DNA from: Takakia lepidozioides
Taxonomy: Eukaryota; Plantae; Bryophyta
Length of the DNA stretch: 61,000 nt
Direction of reading: 5' to 3'
Assembly (NCBI GenBank): GCA_030704615.1
Contig: JAKLZA010000183.1
Coordinates: forward strand, 1-61,000
Shown: piece by piece, positions 31,101-45,660 of the stretch
How positions within the stretch are numbered: the stretch's first letter is position 1
Layout of the letters: the number at the start of each line of letters is the position of its first letter
Notes under the pieces: model-generated
The model's input: only the letters and a program-made list of their open reading frames with translations
Databases searched by the model: none
Told to the model about the DNA's origin: nothing
Position numbers and translations under genes: made by a program

Positions 31101-34100
31101 ATTCTTCATTCACAAGTCAGCTTTATGACAAATCCCAGACTTCAAAGTCAATGAAGTCTCTGGGTGGGGGGGGGAAAAATTAGAGACTCATTACCACTGT
31201 TCATAGTAGGAAACCATTGTTCAGCATGCTAAAAAGTGCCATTCATGACATGCCATGTCATTCAGTCTGTATTTTTTGGTCAGCTTACATACCAAGGCAT
31301 AACCAACCATCCTCATTTATTGTTGGCCCAAAAACTAGTATAGTTTTGGGTTCTTTGTATCATTGGACATACAAAGTGACTGAGCAGTAAGTATCCATGT
31401 CCAAATAAAGATCCATTGATCACTGTTCATGGCTGGAAATGTGTTTGTCTTAAAGAAGCCATTATGATCATAGAAGGCTTAAGAACAAAATAAGAGCATT
31501 TCTTTACATAAAGAACATCACCAAAGCAGGGTTACGGACTGATATTTGGCAGCTTATACAACAGGTTATGATCAGCTGCCCTACTTTGCACATCAAGTCA
31601 CTTATTGACACCATGTTTTTTGCCCCATGATCTGTTTTAGATTGGGGCTGGTGTGTAATTTCAATGACAGGGTAGAGTAATATTCCCACCTCTTATTCCA
31701 TGCCCCAAGACCAAGTTCTATGTCCGGGGTAGGGAAATCATTACCATAACAGGCTGTAATCAGATTTACATGCCATGCAATCATCCATAGGAAACACAAA
31801 GAATCTGAATTGCTCGTCCCATCAGGCCTGCAGGTTACTTTGGTATTATTTATCCTAAAGCAACTTGAATACAATGCCTGAATCATTCTGTTCACATCTA
31901 CCAATGTCTTACCATTTTGGAAAATAGGTAAACATTCAAGGGCATATAACCAAGGACCAGATTTGGCCACAAAAGATCCATCCATATCAGTTTGGCATGG
32001 TATCAAGTGTCCTAAAGTGACCAGCTTCTAAAAGAGGCTAAGTTCCAATGCTTGTACATTCAAGAACACTGTCTGGTCATGAAAACAGGTCTGCCCTACA
32101 TGTAGCATGTTACCAGATTCTTTTAAAGCCATCAGCTTGTGAGGACCCTCACCTGGTCCCATCACATGCAATCAGAAACAGTTAAGTTAGAGACGATGTG
32201 GAAACCCAGGTGAATCGCAGGTCTCACGCTTGTTATCGTTGTACAACATGCAATACAAAGCAAGGGCAGAAAGGAAAAGAGCATATGCAAGCCAATACCT
32301 TGATGGCTTGTGGAAGAGAGAGGCTGCGCCATAGTCTCAAGACCAGCAAACAAGAATGCGCAACAAAATGTACAAAGCATGCACAAAGAAAGTGAATCGC
32401 CCAAACTTAAAGAGTTCAGGGACAATTCCCCGAGGCTTTAAGATCGCCGCTTGTACCTTAATGATCCAATAGAAGGTCACAGCAAGCAACCACAACACAG
32501 GTAGATCGCCCGCCAAGCATTAGAGACAACCGCCACAGGGAAATGCAGGTACTGCCGCCTATTGCGCACCCCGAGAGGGGAAGAAGGTACTGAATCTTGC
32601 CAGAACACCTAAATGCCTTAATGGCGCAGCTCCATGGCATTCAAGGGCGCTGAATCGAGGTCCATGCGCCCCCCGCACCATCTCTCAGCTCCAGCCATCC
32701 CTTAAGCACGATCGTCGTGCAGAGGGTTAGGGCAGGGAAGAGATGAAGCGCGATTTCCCGCGATTTCATCCACGTGATTTCTCACGATTTCATCCATTCG
32801 GGATGAAATCCATCACACGGGATGAACTCTACCGCGCAGGATGAAATCTATCGTGATTTCATCCGCATGGATGAAATCGTCTATCGATTTTCATCCGTGT
32901 CATCCTCTGAGGATGACATCCATTTATGGATGAAAAAATTAAATAATATGATGGCTCCATTAGGATCCGACCTTATACCAAAAATCCGGGTAATGTAAAT
33001 AACCGAAATTAACCAAATTCCAAGAAGGTTAATTAGGGGTTAGGTAACATACCACTGGTCTTAAACTATCAAGTTTTAAGAGAACCAGCCAGATCCATGG
33101 AGGGAGGGAGAGAGAGGGAGAGAGAGGAACCCACCAACCATCCCCTGGGTATGGCAGCTCCTTATGGAGTGAGTGTGGTATGAGTGCATACCAGACCCCA
33201 TCACATAAATGACCTCCCTCTTCTTTGTAGCTTTTACTTCTGGTTACAAAGGAACCATAGAAATAAACATGCTACGATCTCAACTCTCCAGGTCAACAAA
33301 ACAAAACAAGCCGCGACAATCAAAGGTACATCAACACTTACATCAGAATGTAGAGTTTTACCTTAGCTACACATAAGCTCTGATAATGGAAAGATGAGGC
33401 CAAGGAAGGGACCTAACTCCGAAATTCATGAAGCAACAAACAGGAAAGAAAACTTTTATCAACCCTTTAGTGTTTACCTAGCCCATATTTGGGTACCGCA
33501 TGTGTAAAACCAATGGGGGTAGGTTTAGGCAATGAATTTTTCTGCCATTGGCATGTTCCAAGTTGGCAAGTTGTGACACAAACGAAGGTACATCAACACA
33601 TACACAAATGTAGAGTTTACCTTTTAGTTTTATATATAAGCTCTGGTGACCGGAAGAAGAGGCCAGTGAAAGAACCCTCAATTCCCAAGGTCATAAAGTA
33701 ACAATCGGGAAACAATCTTATATCAGACTTTTAGTGTTTACCCACCCCTTGTTTTGGGTAAAACATGTGTACAAAACCAAAGGGGGCAGGTATTGGGGTC
33801 TGGCATGGGTTTACCACCTGGTATTCAGACAAAACATCTACCAGCAGCATATCATAATTGGGTATTTTTTATGGTGCTATAAAGAGCAAAGCCATAACCA
33901 GGAGAACATAGAAACATTTGAGCCAAAGAAAAGGAACTCATTCGTATCATAAGGTATCTAAATCTGACATAAGGCATCGGCTACATGGGACCGGCGGCAA
34001 GAGTAATGTGCACTGACCGGATCATGTATAAGGTGTACACGTCTACTCCAGCAGGCTGTCTTACCAAGGCCTAGCTCAAAATTTCAGCATTCAGAAGCCC

Positions 34101-37100
34101 TATAGATGTTCTATGCTTATCTCAGGTACCTTCAAGGATGCCTTACTCTCCATGCCCAATTAGCCAACATATTTTTTGCTGGAGAAGATCTTACCTTATG
34201 AAGGACTTGCTTGCTCCACGCCATGGTCATGGCGGGAGAGGAGGCTGATATCTCATGGCTTGGCCTTCCCATTGCCTTGGGTTCATCACTTCAACCAGGA
34301 ACATATTTGATAACCTTTTGTCATGCTCAGACCAAGGTGTTAGTAAATCAAACATAAAACTGAAAACAGAAGGGAGATTGGTTGATAACGTGTACAAGAA
34401 CCACCAAGTACACTGGTCTAAATCAGAGAGGGAAGATACTTATGTCTGTCGAGACATGGACAAAGACCTGACAAGGTCATTGTAAAATTAACGACAAATC
34501 AGCCTCATAACGAGGCATTATCAACCATTCTTCATTCACAAGTCAGCTTTATGACAAATCCCAGACTTCAAAGTCAATGAAGTCTCTGGGTGGGGGGGGT
34601 GGGAAAAATTAGAGACTCGATTACCACTGTTCATAGTAGGAAACCATTGTTCAGCATGCTAAAAAGTGCCATTCATGACATGCCATGTCATTCAGTCTGT
34701 ATTTTTTGGTCAGCTTACATACCAAGGCATAACCAACCATCCTCATTTATTGTTGGCCCAAAAACTAGTATAGTTTTGGGTTCTTTGTATCATTGGACAT
34801 ACCAAAGTGACTGAGCAGTAAGTATCCATGTCCAAATAAAAGATCCATTGATCACTGTTCATGGCTGGAAATGTCTGTTTGTCTTAAAAGAAGCCATTTA
34901 TGATCATAGAAGGCTTAAGAACAAAATAAGAGCATTTCTTTACATAAAGAACATCACCAAAGCAGGGTTACGGACTGATATTTGGCAGCTTATACAACAG
35001 GTTATGATCAGCTGCCCCTACTTTGCACATCAAGTCACTTATTGACACCATGTTTTTTGCCCCATGATCCGTTTTAGATTTGGGGCTGGTGTGTAATTTC
35101 AACGACAGGGTAGAGTAATATTCCCACCTCTTATTTCCATGCCCCAAGACCAAGTTCTATGTCCGGGGTAGGGAAATCATTACCATAACAGCTGTAATCA
35201 GATTTACATGCCATGCAATCATCCATAGGAAACACAAAGAATCTGAATTGCTCGTCCCATCAGGCCTGCAGGGTTACTTTGGTATTATTTATCCTAAAGC
35301 AACTTGAATACAATGCCTGAATCATTCTGTTCACATCTACCAATGTCTTACATTTTGGAAATAGGTAAAACATTCAAGGGCATATAACCAAGGACCAGAT
35401 TTGGCCACAAAAGATCCATCCATATCAGTTGGCATGGTATCAGTGTCCTAAAGTGACCAGCTTCTAAAAGAGGCTTTTTCCAATGCTTGTACATTCAAGA
35501 ACACTGTCTGGTCATGAAAACAGGTCTGCCCTACATTGTAGCATGTTACCAGATCTCTTTAAAGCCATCAGCTTGTGAGGACCCTCACCTGGTCCCATCA
35601 CATGCAATCAGAAACAGTTAAGTTAGAGACGATGTGGAACCCCAGGTGAATCGCAGGTCTCACGCTTGTTATCGCTGTACAACATGCAATACAAAGCAAG
35701 GGCAGAAAGGAAACAGAGCAGCATAGCAAGCATACCTTGATGGCTTGTGGAAGAGAGGGCCTGCGCCATAGCTCTCAACCAGCAAACAAGAATGCGCAAC
35801 AAAATGTACAAAGCATGCACAAAGAAAGTGAATCGCCCAAACTTAAAGAGTTCAGACACTTCCCCGAGGCCTTAAGATCGCCGCTTGTACCTTAATGATC
35901 AATGAAGGTCACAGCAAGCAACCACAACACAGGTAGATCGCCCGCCAAGCATTAGAGACAACCGCCACAGGGAAATTGCAGGTACTGCCGCCATTGCGCA
36001 CCCCGAGAGGGGAAAAGGTACTGAATCTTGCCAGAACACCTAAATGCCTTAATGGCGCAGCTCCATGGCATCAAGGGCGCCTGAATCGAGGTCCATGCGC
36101 CCCCCCGCCACCATCTCTCAGCTCCAGCCATCCCTTAAGCACGATCGTCGTGCAGAGGGTTAGGGCAGGGAAGAGATGAAGCGCGATTTCCCGCGATTTC
36201 ATCCACGTGATTTCTCACGATTTCATCCATTCGGGATGAAAATCCACGGGATGAACTGCGCAGGATGAAATCTATCGTGATTTCATCCGCGTGGATGAAA
36301 TCGTCTATCGATTTTTCATCCGTGTCATCCTCTGAGGATGACATCCATTTTATGGATGAAAAAATTAAATAATATGATGGCTCCATTAGATCCCGACCTT
36401 ATACCAAAAATCCGGGTAATGTAAATAACCGAAATTAACCAAATTCCAAGAAGGTTAATTAGGGGTTAGGTAACATACCACTGGTCTTAAACTATCAAGT
36501 TTAAGAACCAGCCAGATCCATGGAGGGAGGGAGAGAGAGGGAGAGAGATGGAACCCACCAACCATCCCCTGGTATGGCAGCTCCTTATGGAGTGAGTGTG
36601 GTATGAGTGCATACCAGACCCCATCACATAAATGACCTCCCTCTTCTTGTAGCTTTTACTTCTGGTTACAAAGGAACCATAGAAATAAACATGCCTACGA
36701 TCTCAACTCTCCAAGGTCAACAAACAAAACACAGCCGTGACAATCAAAGGTACATCAACCTTTACATCAGAAGTAGAGTTTTACCTTTTAGCTACACATA
36801 AGCTCTGATAATGGAAAGATGAGGCCAATGAAGGGACCTTAACTCCGAAATTCATGAAGCAACAAACAGGAAAGAAACTTTTTATCAACCCTTTAGTGTT
36901 TACCTAGCCCATATTTTTTGGTACCGCATGTGTACAAAACCAATGGGGGTAGGTTTAGGCAATGAATTTTTCTGCCATTGGCATGTTCCAAGTTGGCAAG
37001 TTGTGACACAACGAAGGTACATCAAACATACATCAAAATGTAGAGTTTTACCTTTTAGTTTATATATAAGCTCTGGTGACCGGAAGAAGAGGCCAGTGAA

Positions 37101-40100
37101 AGAACCCTCAATCCCAAGGTCATAAAGTAACAATCGGGAAAAAAATCTTATATCAGACTTTTAGTGTTTACCCACCCCTTGTTTTGGGTAAAAAACATGT
37201 GTACAAAACCAAAGGGGGCAGGTATTGGGGTCTGGCATGGGTTTACCACCTGGTATTCAGACAAAACATCTACCAGCAGCATATCATAATTGGGTATTTT
37301 TTATGGTGCTATAAAGAGCAAAGCCATAACCAGGAGAAAAACATAGAAACATTTGAGCCAAAGAAAAGGAACTCATTCGTATCATAAGGTATCTAAATCT
37401 GACATAAGGCATCGGCTACATGGGACCGGCAAAAAGAGTAATGTGCACTGACCGGATGTATAAGGTGTACCGTCTACTCCAGCAGGCTGTCTTACCAGGC
37501 CTAGCTCAAAATTTCCAGCATTCAGAAGCCCTATAGATGTTCTATGCTTATCTCAGGTACCTTCAAGGATGCCTTACTCTCCATGCCCAATTAGCCAACA
37601 TATTTTTGCTGGAGAGATCTTACCTTATGAAGGACTTGCTTGCCTCCACGCCATGGTCATGGCGGGAGAGGGAGGCTGATATCTCATGGCTTTGGCCTTC
37701 CCATTGCCTGGGGTTCATCACTTCAACCAGGAACATATTTGATAACCTTTTGTCATGCTCAGACCAAGGTGTTAGTAAATCAAACATAAAACTGAAAACA
37801 GAAGGGAGATTGGTTGATTAATGTGTACAAGAACCACCAAGTACACTGGTCTAAATCAGAGAGGGAAGATACTTATGTCTTGTCGAGACATGGACAAAGA
37901 CCTGACAAGGTCATTGTAAATTAACGACAAATCAGCCTCATAACAAGGCATTATCAACCATTCTTCATTCACAAGTCAGCTTATGACAAATCCCAGACTT
38001 CAAAGTCAATGAAGTCTCTGGGTGGGGGGGTGGGAAAAATTAGAGACCTCGATTACCACTGTTCTAGTAGGAAACCATTGTTCAGCATGCTAAAAGTGCC
38101 ATTCATGACATGCCATGTCATTCAGTCTGTATTTTTTGGTCAGCTACATTACCAAGGCATAACCAACCATCCTCATTTTATGTTGGCCCAAAAACTAGTA
38201 TAGTTTTGGGTTCTTTGTATCATTTGACATACCAAAGTGACTGAGCAGTAGTATCCATGTCCAAATAAAGATCCATTGATCACTGTTCATGGCTGGAAAT
38301 GTCTGTTTGTCTTAAAGAAGCCATTTGATCCTAGAAGGCTTAAGAACAAAATAGAGCTTTCTTTGTTACATAAAGAACATCACCAAAGCAGGGTTACGGA
38401 CTGATATTTGGCAGCTTATACAACAGGTTATGATCAGCTGCCCTACTTGCACATCAAGTCACTTATTGACACCATGTTTTTTGCCCCATGATCGTTTTAG
38501 ATTTGGGGCTGGTGTGTAATTTCAACGACAGGGTAGAGTAATATTCCCACCTCTTATTCCATGCCCCAAGACCAAGTTCTATGTCCGGGGTAGGGAAATC
38601 ATTACCATAACAGGCTGTAATCAGATTTACATGCCATGCAATCATCCATAGGAAACACAAAGAATCTGAATTGCTCGTCCATCAGGCCTGCAGGTTACTT
38701 TGGTATTATTTATCCTAAAGCAACTTGAATACAATGCCTGAATCATTCTGTTCACATCTACCAATGTCTTACCATTTTGGAAAATAGGTAAACATTCAAG
38801 GGCATATAACCAAGGACCAGATTTGGCCACAAAAGATCCATCCATATCAGTTTGGCATGGTATCAAGGTCCTAAAGTGACCAGCTTCTAAAAGAGGCTAA
38901 TTCCAATGCTTGTACATTCAAGAACACTGTCTGGTCATGAAAACAGGTCTGCCTACATTGTAGCATGTTACCAGATCTCTTTAAAGCCATCAGCTTGTGA
39001 GGACCCTCACCTGGTCCCATCACATGCAATCAGAAACAGAGACGATGTGGAACCCCAGGTGAATCGCAGGTCTCATATCGCAACATGCATACAAAGCAAG
39101 GGCAGAAAGGAAACAGAGCATATGCAAGCCAATACCTTGATGGCTTGTGGAAGAGAGGCCTGCCATAGCTCTCAAGACCAGCAAACAAGAATGCGCAACA
39201 AAATGTACAAAGCATGCACAAAGAAAGTGAATCGCCCAAACTTAAAGAGTTCAGACACTTCCCCGAGGCCTTAAGATCGCCGCTTGTACCTTAATGATCA
39301 ATGAAGGTCACAGCAAGCAACCACAACACAGGTAGATCGCCCGCCAAGCATTAGAGACAACCGCCACTGCAGGTACTGCCGCCATTGCGCACCCCGAGAG
39401 GGGAAGAAGGTACTGAATCTTGCCAGAACTAAATGCCTTAATGGCGCAGCTCCATGGCATTCAAGGGCGCCTGAATCGAGGTCCATGCGCCCCCGCCACC
39501 ATCTCTCAGCTCCAGCCATCCCTTAAGCACGATCGTCGTGCAGAGGGTTAGGGCAGGGAAGAGATGAAGCGCGATTTCCCGCGATTTCATCCACGTGATT
39601 TCTCACGATTTCATCCATTCGGGATGAAAATCCATCACACGGGATGAACTCTAGGATGAAATCTATCGTGATTCATCCGCGTCGGATGAAATCGTCTATC
39701 GATTTTTCATCCGTGTCATCCTCTGAGGATGACATCCATTTATGGATGAAAAAATTAAATAATATGATGGCTCCATTAGGATCCCGACCTTATACCAAAA
39801 ATCCGGGTAATGTAAATAACCGAAATTAACCAAATTCCAAGAAGGTTAATTAGGGGTTAGGTAACATACCACTGGTCTTAAACTATCAAGTTTTAAGAGA
39901 ACCAGCCAGATCCATGGAGGGAGGGAGAGAGAGGGAGAGAGATGGAACCCACCAACCATCCCTGGTATGGCAGCTCCTTAGGAGTGAGTGTGGTATGAGT
40001 GCATACCAGACCCCATCACATAAATGACCTCCCTCTTCTTTGTAGCTTTTACTTCTGGTTACAAAGGAACCATAGAAATAAACATGCCTACGATCTCAAC

Positions 40101-43100
40101 TCTCCAAGGTCAACAAACAAAACAAGCCGTGACAATCAAAGGTACATCAACACTTACATCAGAATGTAGAGTTTTACCTTTTAGCTACACATAAGCTCTG
40201 ATAATGGAAAGATGAGGCCAATGAAGGGACCTTAACTCCGAAATTCATGAAGCAACAAACAGGAAAGAAACTTTTATCAACCCTTTAGTGTTTACCTAGC
40301 CCATATTTTTGGGTACCGCATGTGTACAAAACCAATGGGGGTAGGTTTAGGCAATGAATTTTTCTGCCATTGGCATGTTCCAAGTTGGCAAGTTGTGACA
40401 CAAACGAAGGTACATCAACACATACATCAAAATGTAGAGTTTTACCTTTTAGTTTATATATAAGCTCTGGTGACCGGAAGAAGAGGCCAGTGAAAGAACC
40501 CTCAATTCCCAAGGTCATAAAGTAACAATCAGGAAAGAATCTTATATCAACTTTTAGTGTTTACCCACCCCTTGTTTTGGGTAAAACATGTGTACAAAAC
40601 CAAAGGGGGCAGGTATTGGGGTCTGGCAGGGTTTACCACCTGGTATTCAGACAAAACATCTACCAGCAGCATATCAGAATTGGGTATTTTTATGGTGCTA
40701 TAAGAGCAAAGCCATAAACAGGAGAAACATAGAACATTTGAGCCAAAGAAAAGGAACTCATTCGTATCATAAGGTATCTAAATCTGACATAAGGCATCGG
40801 CTACATGGGACCGGCAAACAAGAGTAATGTGCACTGACCGGATCATGTATAAGGTGTACACGTCTACTCCAGCAGGCTGTCGTACCAAGGCCTAGCTCAA
40901 AATTTCAGCATTCAGAAGCCCTATAGATGTTCTATGCTTATCTCAGGTACCTTCAAGGATGCCTTACTCTCCATGCCCAATTAGCCAACATATTTTTGCT
41001 GGAGAAGATCTTACCTTATGAAGGACTTGCTTGCTCCACACCATGGTCATGGCGGGAGAGGAGGCTGATATCTCATGGCTTTGGCCTTCCCATTGCCTTG
41101 GGTTCATCACCGGGAACCCTTTTGTGCTCAGACCAAGGTGTTAGTAAATCAAACATAAAACTGAAAACAGAAGGGAGATTGGTTGATAATGTGTACAAGA
41201 ACCACCAAGTACACTGGTCTAAATCAGAGAGGGAAGATACTTATGTCTTGTCGAGACATGGACAAAGACCTGACAAGGTCATTGTAAAATTAACGACAAA
41301 TCAGCCTCATAACAAGGCATTATCAACCATTCTTCATTCACAAGTCAGCTTTATGACAAATCCCAGACTTCAAAGTCAATGAAGTCTCTGGGTGGGGGGG
41401 GGGGAATTAGAGACTCCATTACCACTGTTCATAGTAGGAAACCATTGCTCAGCATGCTAAAAAGTGCCATTCATGACATGCCATGTCATTCAGTCTGTAT
41501 TTTTTGGTCAGCTTACATACCAAGGCATAACCAACCATCCTCATTTATTGTTGGCCCAAAAACTAGTATAGTTTTGGGTTCTTTGTATCATTGGACATAC
41601 CAAAGTGACGAGCAGTAAGTATCCATGTCATATAAAGATCCATTGATCACTGTTCATGGCTGGAAATGTCTGTTTGTCTTAAAGAAGCCATTCATGATCA
41701 TAGAAGGCTTAAGAACAAAAATAAGAGCATTCTTTACATAAAGAACATCACCAAAGCAGGGTTACGGACTGATATTTGGCAGCTTATACAACGGGTTATA
41801 ATCAGCTGCCCTACTTTGCACATCAAGTCACTTATTGACACCATGTTTTTGCCCCATGATCGTTTTAGATTTGGGGCTGGTGTGTAATTTCAATGACAGG
41901 GTTAGAGTATATTCCCACCTCTTATTCCATGCCCCAAGACCAAGTTCTATGTCCGGGGTAGGGAAATCATTACCATAACAGGCTGTAATCAGATTTACAT
42001 GCATGCAAATCATCCATAGGAAACACAAAGAATCTGAATTGCTCGTCCATCAGGCCTGAAGGTTACTTTGGTATTATTTTATCCTAAAGCAACTTGAATA
42101 CAATGCCTGAATCATTCTGTTCACATCTACCAATGTCTTACCATTTTGGAAAATAGGTAAACATTCAAGGGCATATAACCAAGGACCAGATTTGGCCACA
42201 AAAGATCCATCCATATCAGTTTGGCATGGTATCAAGTGTCCTAAGTGACCAGCTTCTAAAAGAGGCTAAGTTTCCAATGCTTGTACATTCAAGAACACTG
42301 TCTGGTATGAAACAGGTCTGCCCTACATTGTAGCATGTTACCAGATCTCTTTAAAGCCATCAGCTTGTGAGGACCCTCACCTGGTCCCATCACATGCAAT
42401 CAGAAACAGTTAAGTTAGAGACGATGTGGAACCCCAGTCGAGGCTCACCTGCGAAACCCGCAAGGTGGCACGCACATGCAATACAAAGCAAGGGCAGAAA
42501 GGAAACAGAGCATATGCAAGCCAATACCTTGATGGCTTGTGGAAGAGAGGCCTGCGCCATAGCTCTCAGACCAGCAAACAAGAATGCGCAAACAAAATGT
42601 ACAAAGCATGCACAAAGAAAGTGAATCGCCCAACTTAAAGAGTTCAGACACTTCCCCGAGGCCTTAAGATCGCCGCTTGTACCTTAATGATCAATGAAGG
42701 TCACAGCAAGCAACCACAACACAGGTAGATCGCCCGCCAAGCATTAGAGACAACCGCCACAGGGAAATTGGCAGGTACTGCCGCCATTGCGCACCCCGAG
42801 AGGGGAAGAAGGTACTGAATCTTGCCAGAACACCTAAATGCCTTAATGGCGCAGCTCCATGGCATTCAAGGGCGCGCCTGAATCGAGGTCCATGCGCCCC
42901 CCGCCACCATCTCTCAGCTCCAGCCATCCCTTAAGCACGATCGTCGTGCAGAGGGTTAGGGCAGGGAAGAGATGAAGCGCGATTCCCGCGATTTTCATCC
43001 ACGTGATTTCTCACGATTTCATCCATCGGATGAAAATCCATCACACGGGATGAACTCTACCGCGCAGGATGAAATCTATCGTGATTTTCATCCGCGTTGG

Positions 43101-45398
43101 ATGAAATCGTCTATCGATTTTTCATCCGTGTCATCCTCTGAGGATGAATCCATTTATGGATGAAAAAATTAAATAATATGATGGCTCCATTAGGATCCCG
43201 ACCTTATACCAAAAACCGGGTAATGTAAATAACCGAAATTAACCAAATTCCAGAAGAAGGTTAATTAGGGTTAGGTAACATACCACTGGTCTTAAACTAT
43301 CAAGTTTTAAGAGAACCAGCCAGATCCATGGAGGGAGGGAGAGAGAGGGAGAGAGATGGAACCCACCAACCATCCCCTGGTATGGCAGCTCCTTATGGAG
43401 TGAGCGTGGTATGAGTGCATACCAGACCCCATCACATAAATGACCTCCCTCTTCTTTGTAACTTCTGGTTACAAAGGAACCATAGAAATAAACATGCCTA
43501 CGATCTCAACTCTCCAAGGTCAACAAACAAAACAAGCCGTGACAATCAAAGGTACATCAACACTTACATCAGAATGTAGAGTTTTACCTTTTAGCTACAC
43601 ATAAGCTCTGATAATGGAAAGATGAGGCCAATGAAGGGACCTTAACTCCGAAATTCATGAAGCAACAAACAGGAAAGAAACTTTTATCAACCCTTTAGTG
43701 TTTACCTAGCCCATATTTTTGGGTACCGCATGTGTACAAAACCAATGGGGGTAGGTTTAGGCAATGAATTTTTCTGCCATTGGCATGTTCCAAGTTGGCA
43801 AGTTGTGACACAAACGAAGGTACATCAACACATACATCAAAATGTAGAGTTTTACCTTTTAGTTTATATAAGCTCTGGTGACCGGAAGAAGAGGCCAGTG
43901 AAAGAACCCTCAATTCCCAAGGTCATAAAGTAACAATCGGGAAAACAAATCTTATATCAGACTTTTAGTGTTTACCCACCCCTTGTTTTGGGTAAAACAT
44001 GTGTACAAAACCAAAGGGGGCAGGTATTGGGTCTGGCATGGTTTACCACCTGGTATTCAGACAAAACATCTACCAGCAGCATATCATAATTGGGTATTTT
44101 TTATGGTGCTATAAAGAGCAAAGCCATAACCAGGAGAAACATAGAAACATTTGAGCCAAAGAAAAGGAACTCATTCGTATCATAAGGTATCTAAATCTGA
44201 CATAAGGCATCGGCTACATGGGACCGGCAAACAAGAGTAATGTGCACTGACCGGATCATGTATAAGGTGTACACGTCTACTCCAGCAGGCTGTCTTACCA
44301 AGGCCTAGCTCAAAATTTCAGCATTCAGAAGCCCTATAGATGTTCTATGCTTATCTCAGGTACCTTCAAGGATGCCTTACTCTCCATGCCCAATTAGCCA
44401 ACATTTTTTGCTGGAGAAGATCTTACCTTATGAAGGACTTGCTTGCTCCACACCATGGTCATGGCGGGAGAGGAGGCTGATATCTCATGGCTTTGGCCTT
44501 CCCATTGCCTTGGGTTCATCACTTCAACCAGGAACATATTTGATAACCTTTTGTCATGCTCAGACCAAGTGTTAGTAAATCAAACATAAAACTGAAAACA
44601 GAAGGAGATTGGTTGATAATGTGTACAAGAACCACCAAGTACACTGGTCTAAATCAGAGAGGGAAGATACTTATGTCTTGTCGAGACATGGACAAAGACC
44701 TGACAAGGTCATTGTAAAAATTAACGACAAATCAGCCTCATAACAGGCATTATCAACCATTCTTCATTCACAAGTCAGCTTTAATGACAATCCCAGACTT
44801 CAAAGTCAATGAAGTCTCTCTGGGTGGGGGGGGGAAAATTAGAGACTCAATTACCACTGTTCATAGTAGGAAACCATTGTTCAGCATGCTAAAAAGTGCC
44901 ATTCATGACATGCCATGTCATTCAGTCTGTATTTTTGGTCAGCTTACATACCAAGGCATAACCAACCATCCTCATTTATTGTTGGCCCAAAACTAGTATA
45001 GTTTTGGGTTCTTTGATCATTGGACATACCAAAGTGACTGAGCAGTAAGTATCCATGTCCAAATAAAGATCCATTGATCACTGTTCATGGCTGGAAATGT
45101 CTGTTTGTAAAGAAGCCATTTATGATCATAGAAGGCTTAAGAACAAAATAAGAGCAAAACTTAAAGAGAGGAGGCCTCGCCGCTTGTCTTAATGATCCAT
45201 GAAGGTAGGTAGAAAGCATTAGAGACAACCGCGGAAATTGCAGGTAATTTACTGAATCTTGCCACACCTAAATGCCTTAATTCCATGGCATTCAAGGGCG
45301 CTGAATCTCCATCATCTCTCAGCTCCAGCCACCTTTCGTCGTTTAAGAGATGAAGATTTGGTGGCGGGATGCTGTTGGTTTCATCTGGGCGAGGTTTA

Positions 45399-45660
45399 CT
45401 ATTTCATGAGCAGAAACCATGAGCCATGAGCCATGAGCCGCATGAGCCGCATGAGCGGTGAGCCGAAGTCTAAGATACGCGGATTTCATGAGCGGACTCC
45501 TCCAAATTTGGAAATGCGGCAGATTAAACAAGTATTAAAATAATAGTTTTTTATTTGACCTTGCCGTTTTTGGACGTTCCAGATCATGTAATGCGGCGAA
45601 GATATGTCGTCAGTAACAAGTCCGCTCATGGTTTTTTAGATCCGCTCATGGAAATAAGTG
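45399..45660 (+). repeat. Left terminal inverted repeat and subterminal CATGAGC(C/G) repeats
   Basis: CTATTTCATGAGC followed by tandem CATGAGC/CATGAGCCG (45418-45465), TTTCATGAGCGGA (45484) and inverted TCCGCTCATGG copies (45621, 45641). Confidence 0.7.

Larger units (their letters stand above)
1..45155. repeat. Tandem macro-repeat array, ~3.41-kb unit x 13.3 copies (open at the left edge of the window)
   Basis: The anchor CTATGCTTATCTCAGGTACC recurs at 1, 3432, 6811, 10209, 13590, 17009, ~20461, 23862, 27274, 30685, 34111, 37542, 40932 and 44345 (periods 3379-3452). Copies differ mostly by small indels. Confidence 0.98.

Noticed and set aside
28-45100. The many 60-160-aa ORFs repeated through the array
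   Set aside because: No recognisable motifs, and they overlap on both strands. They recur only because the DNA is duplicated, and they change with each indel.
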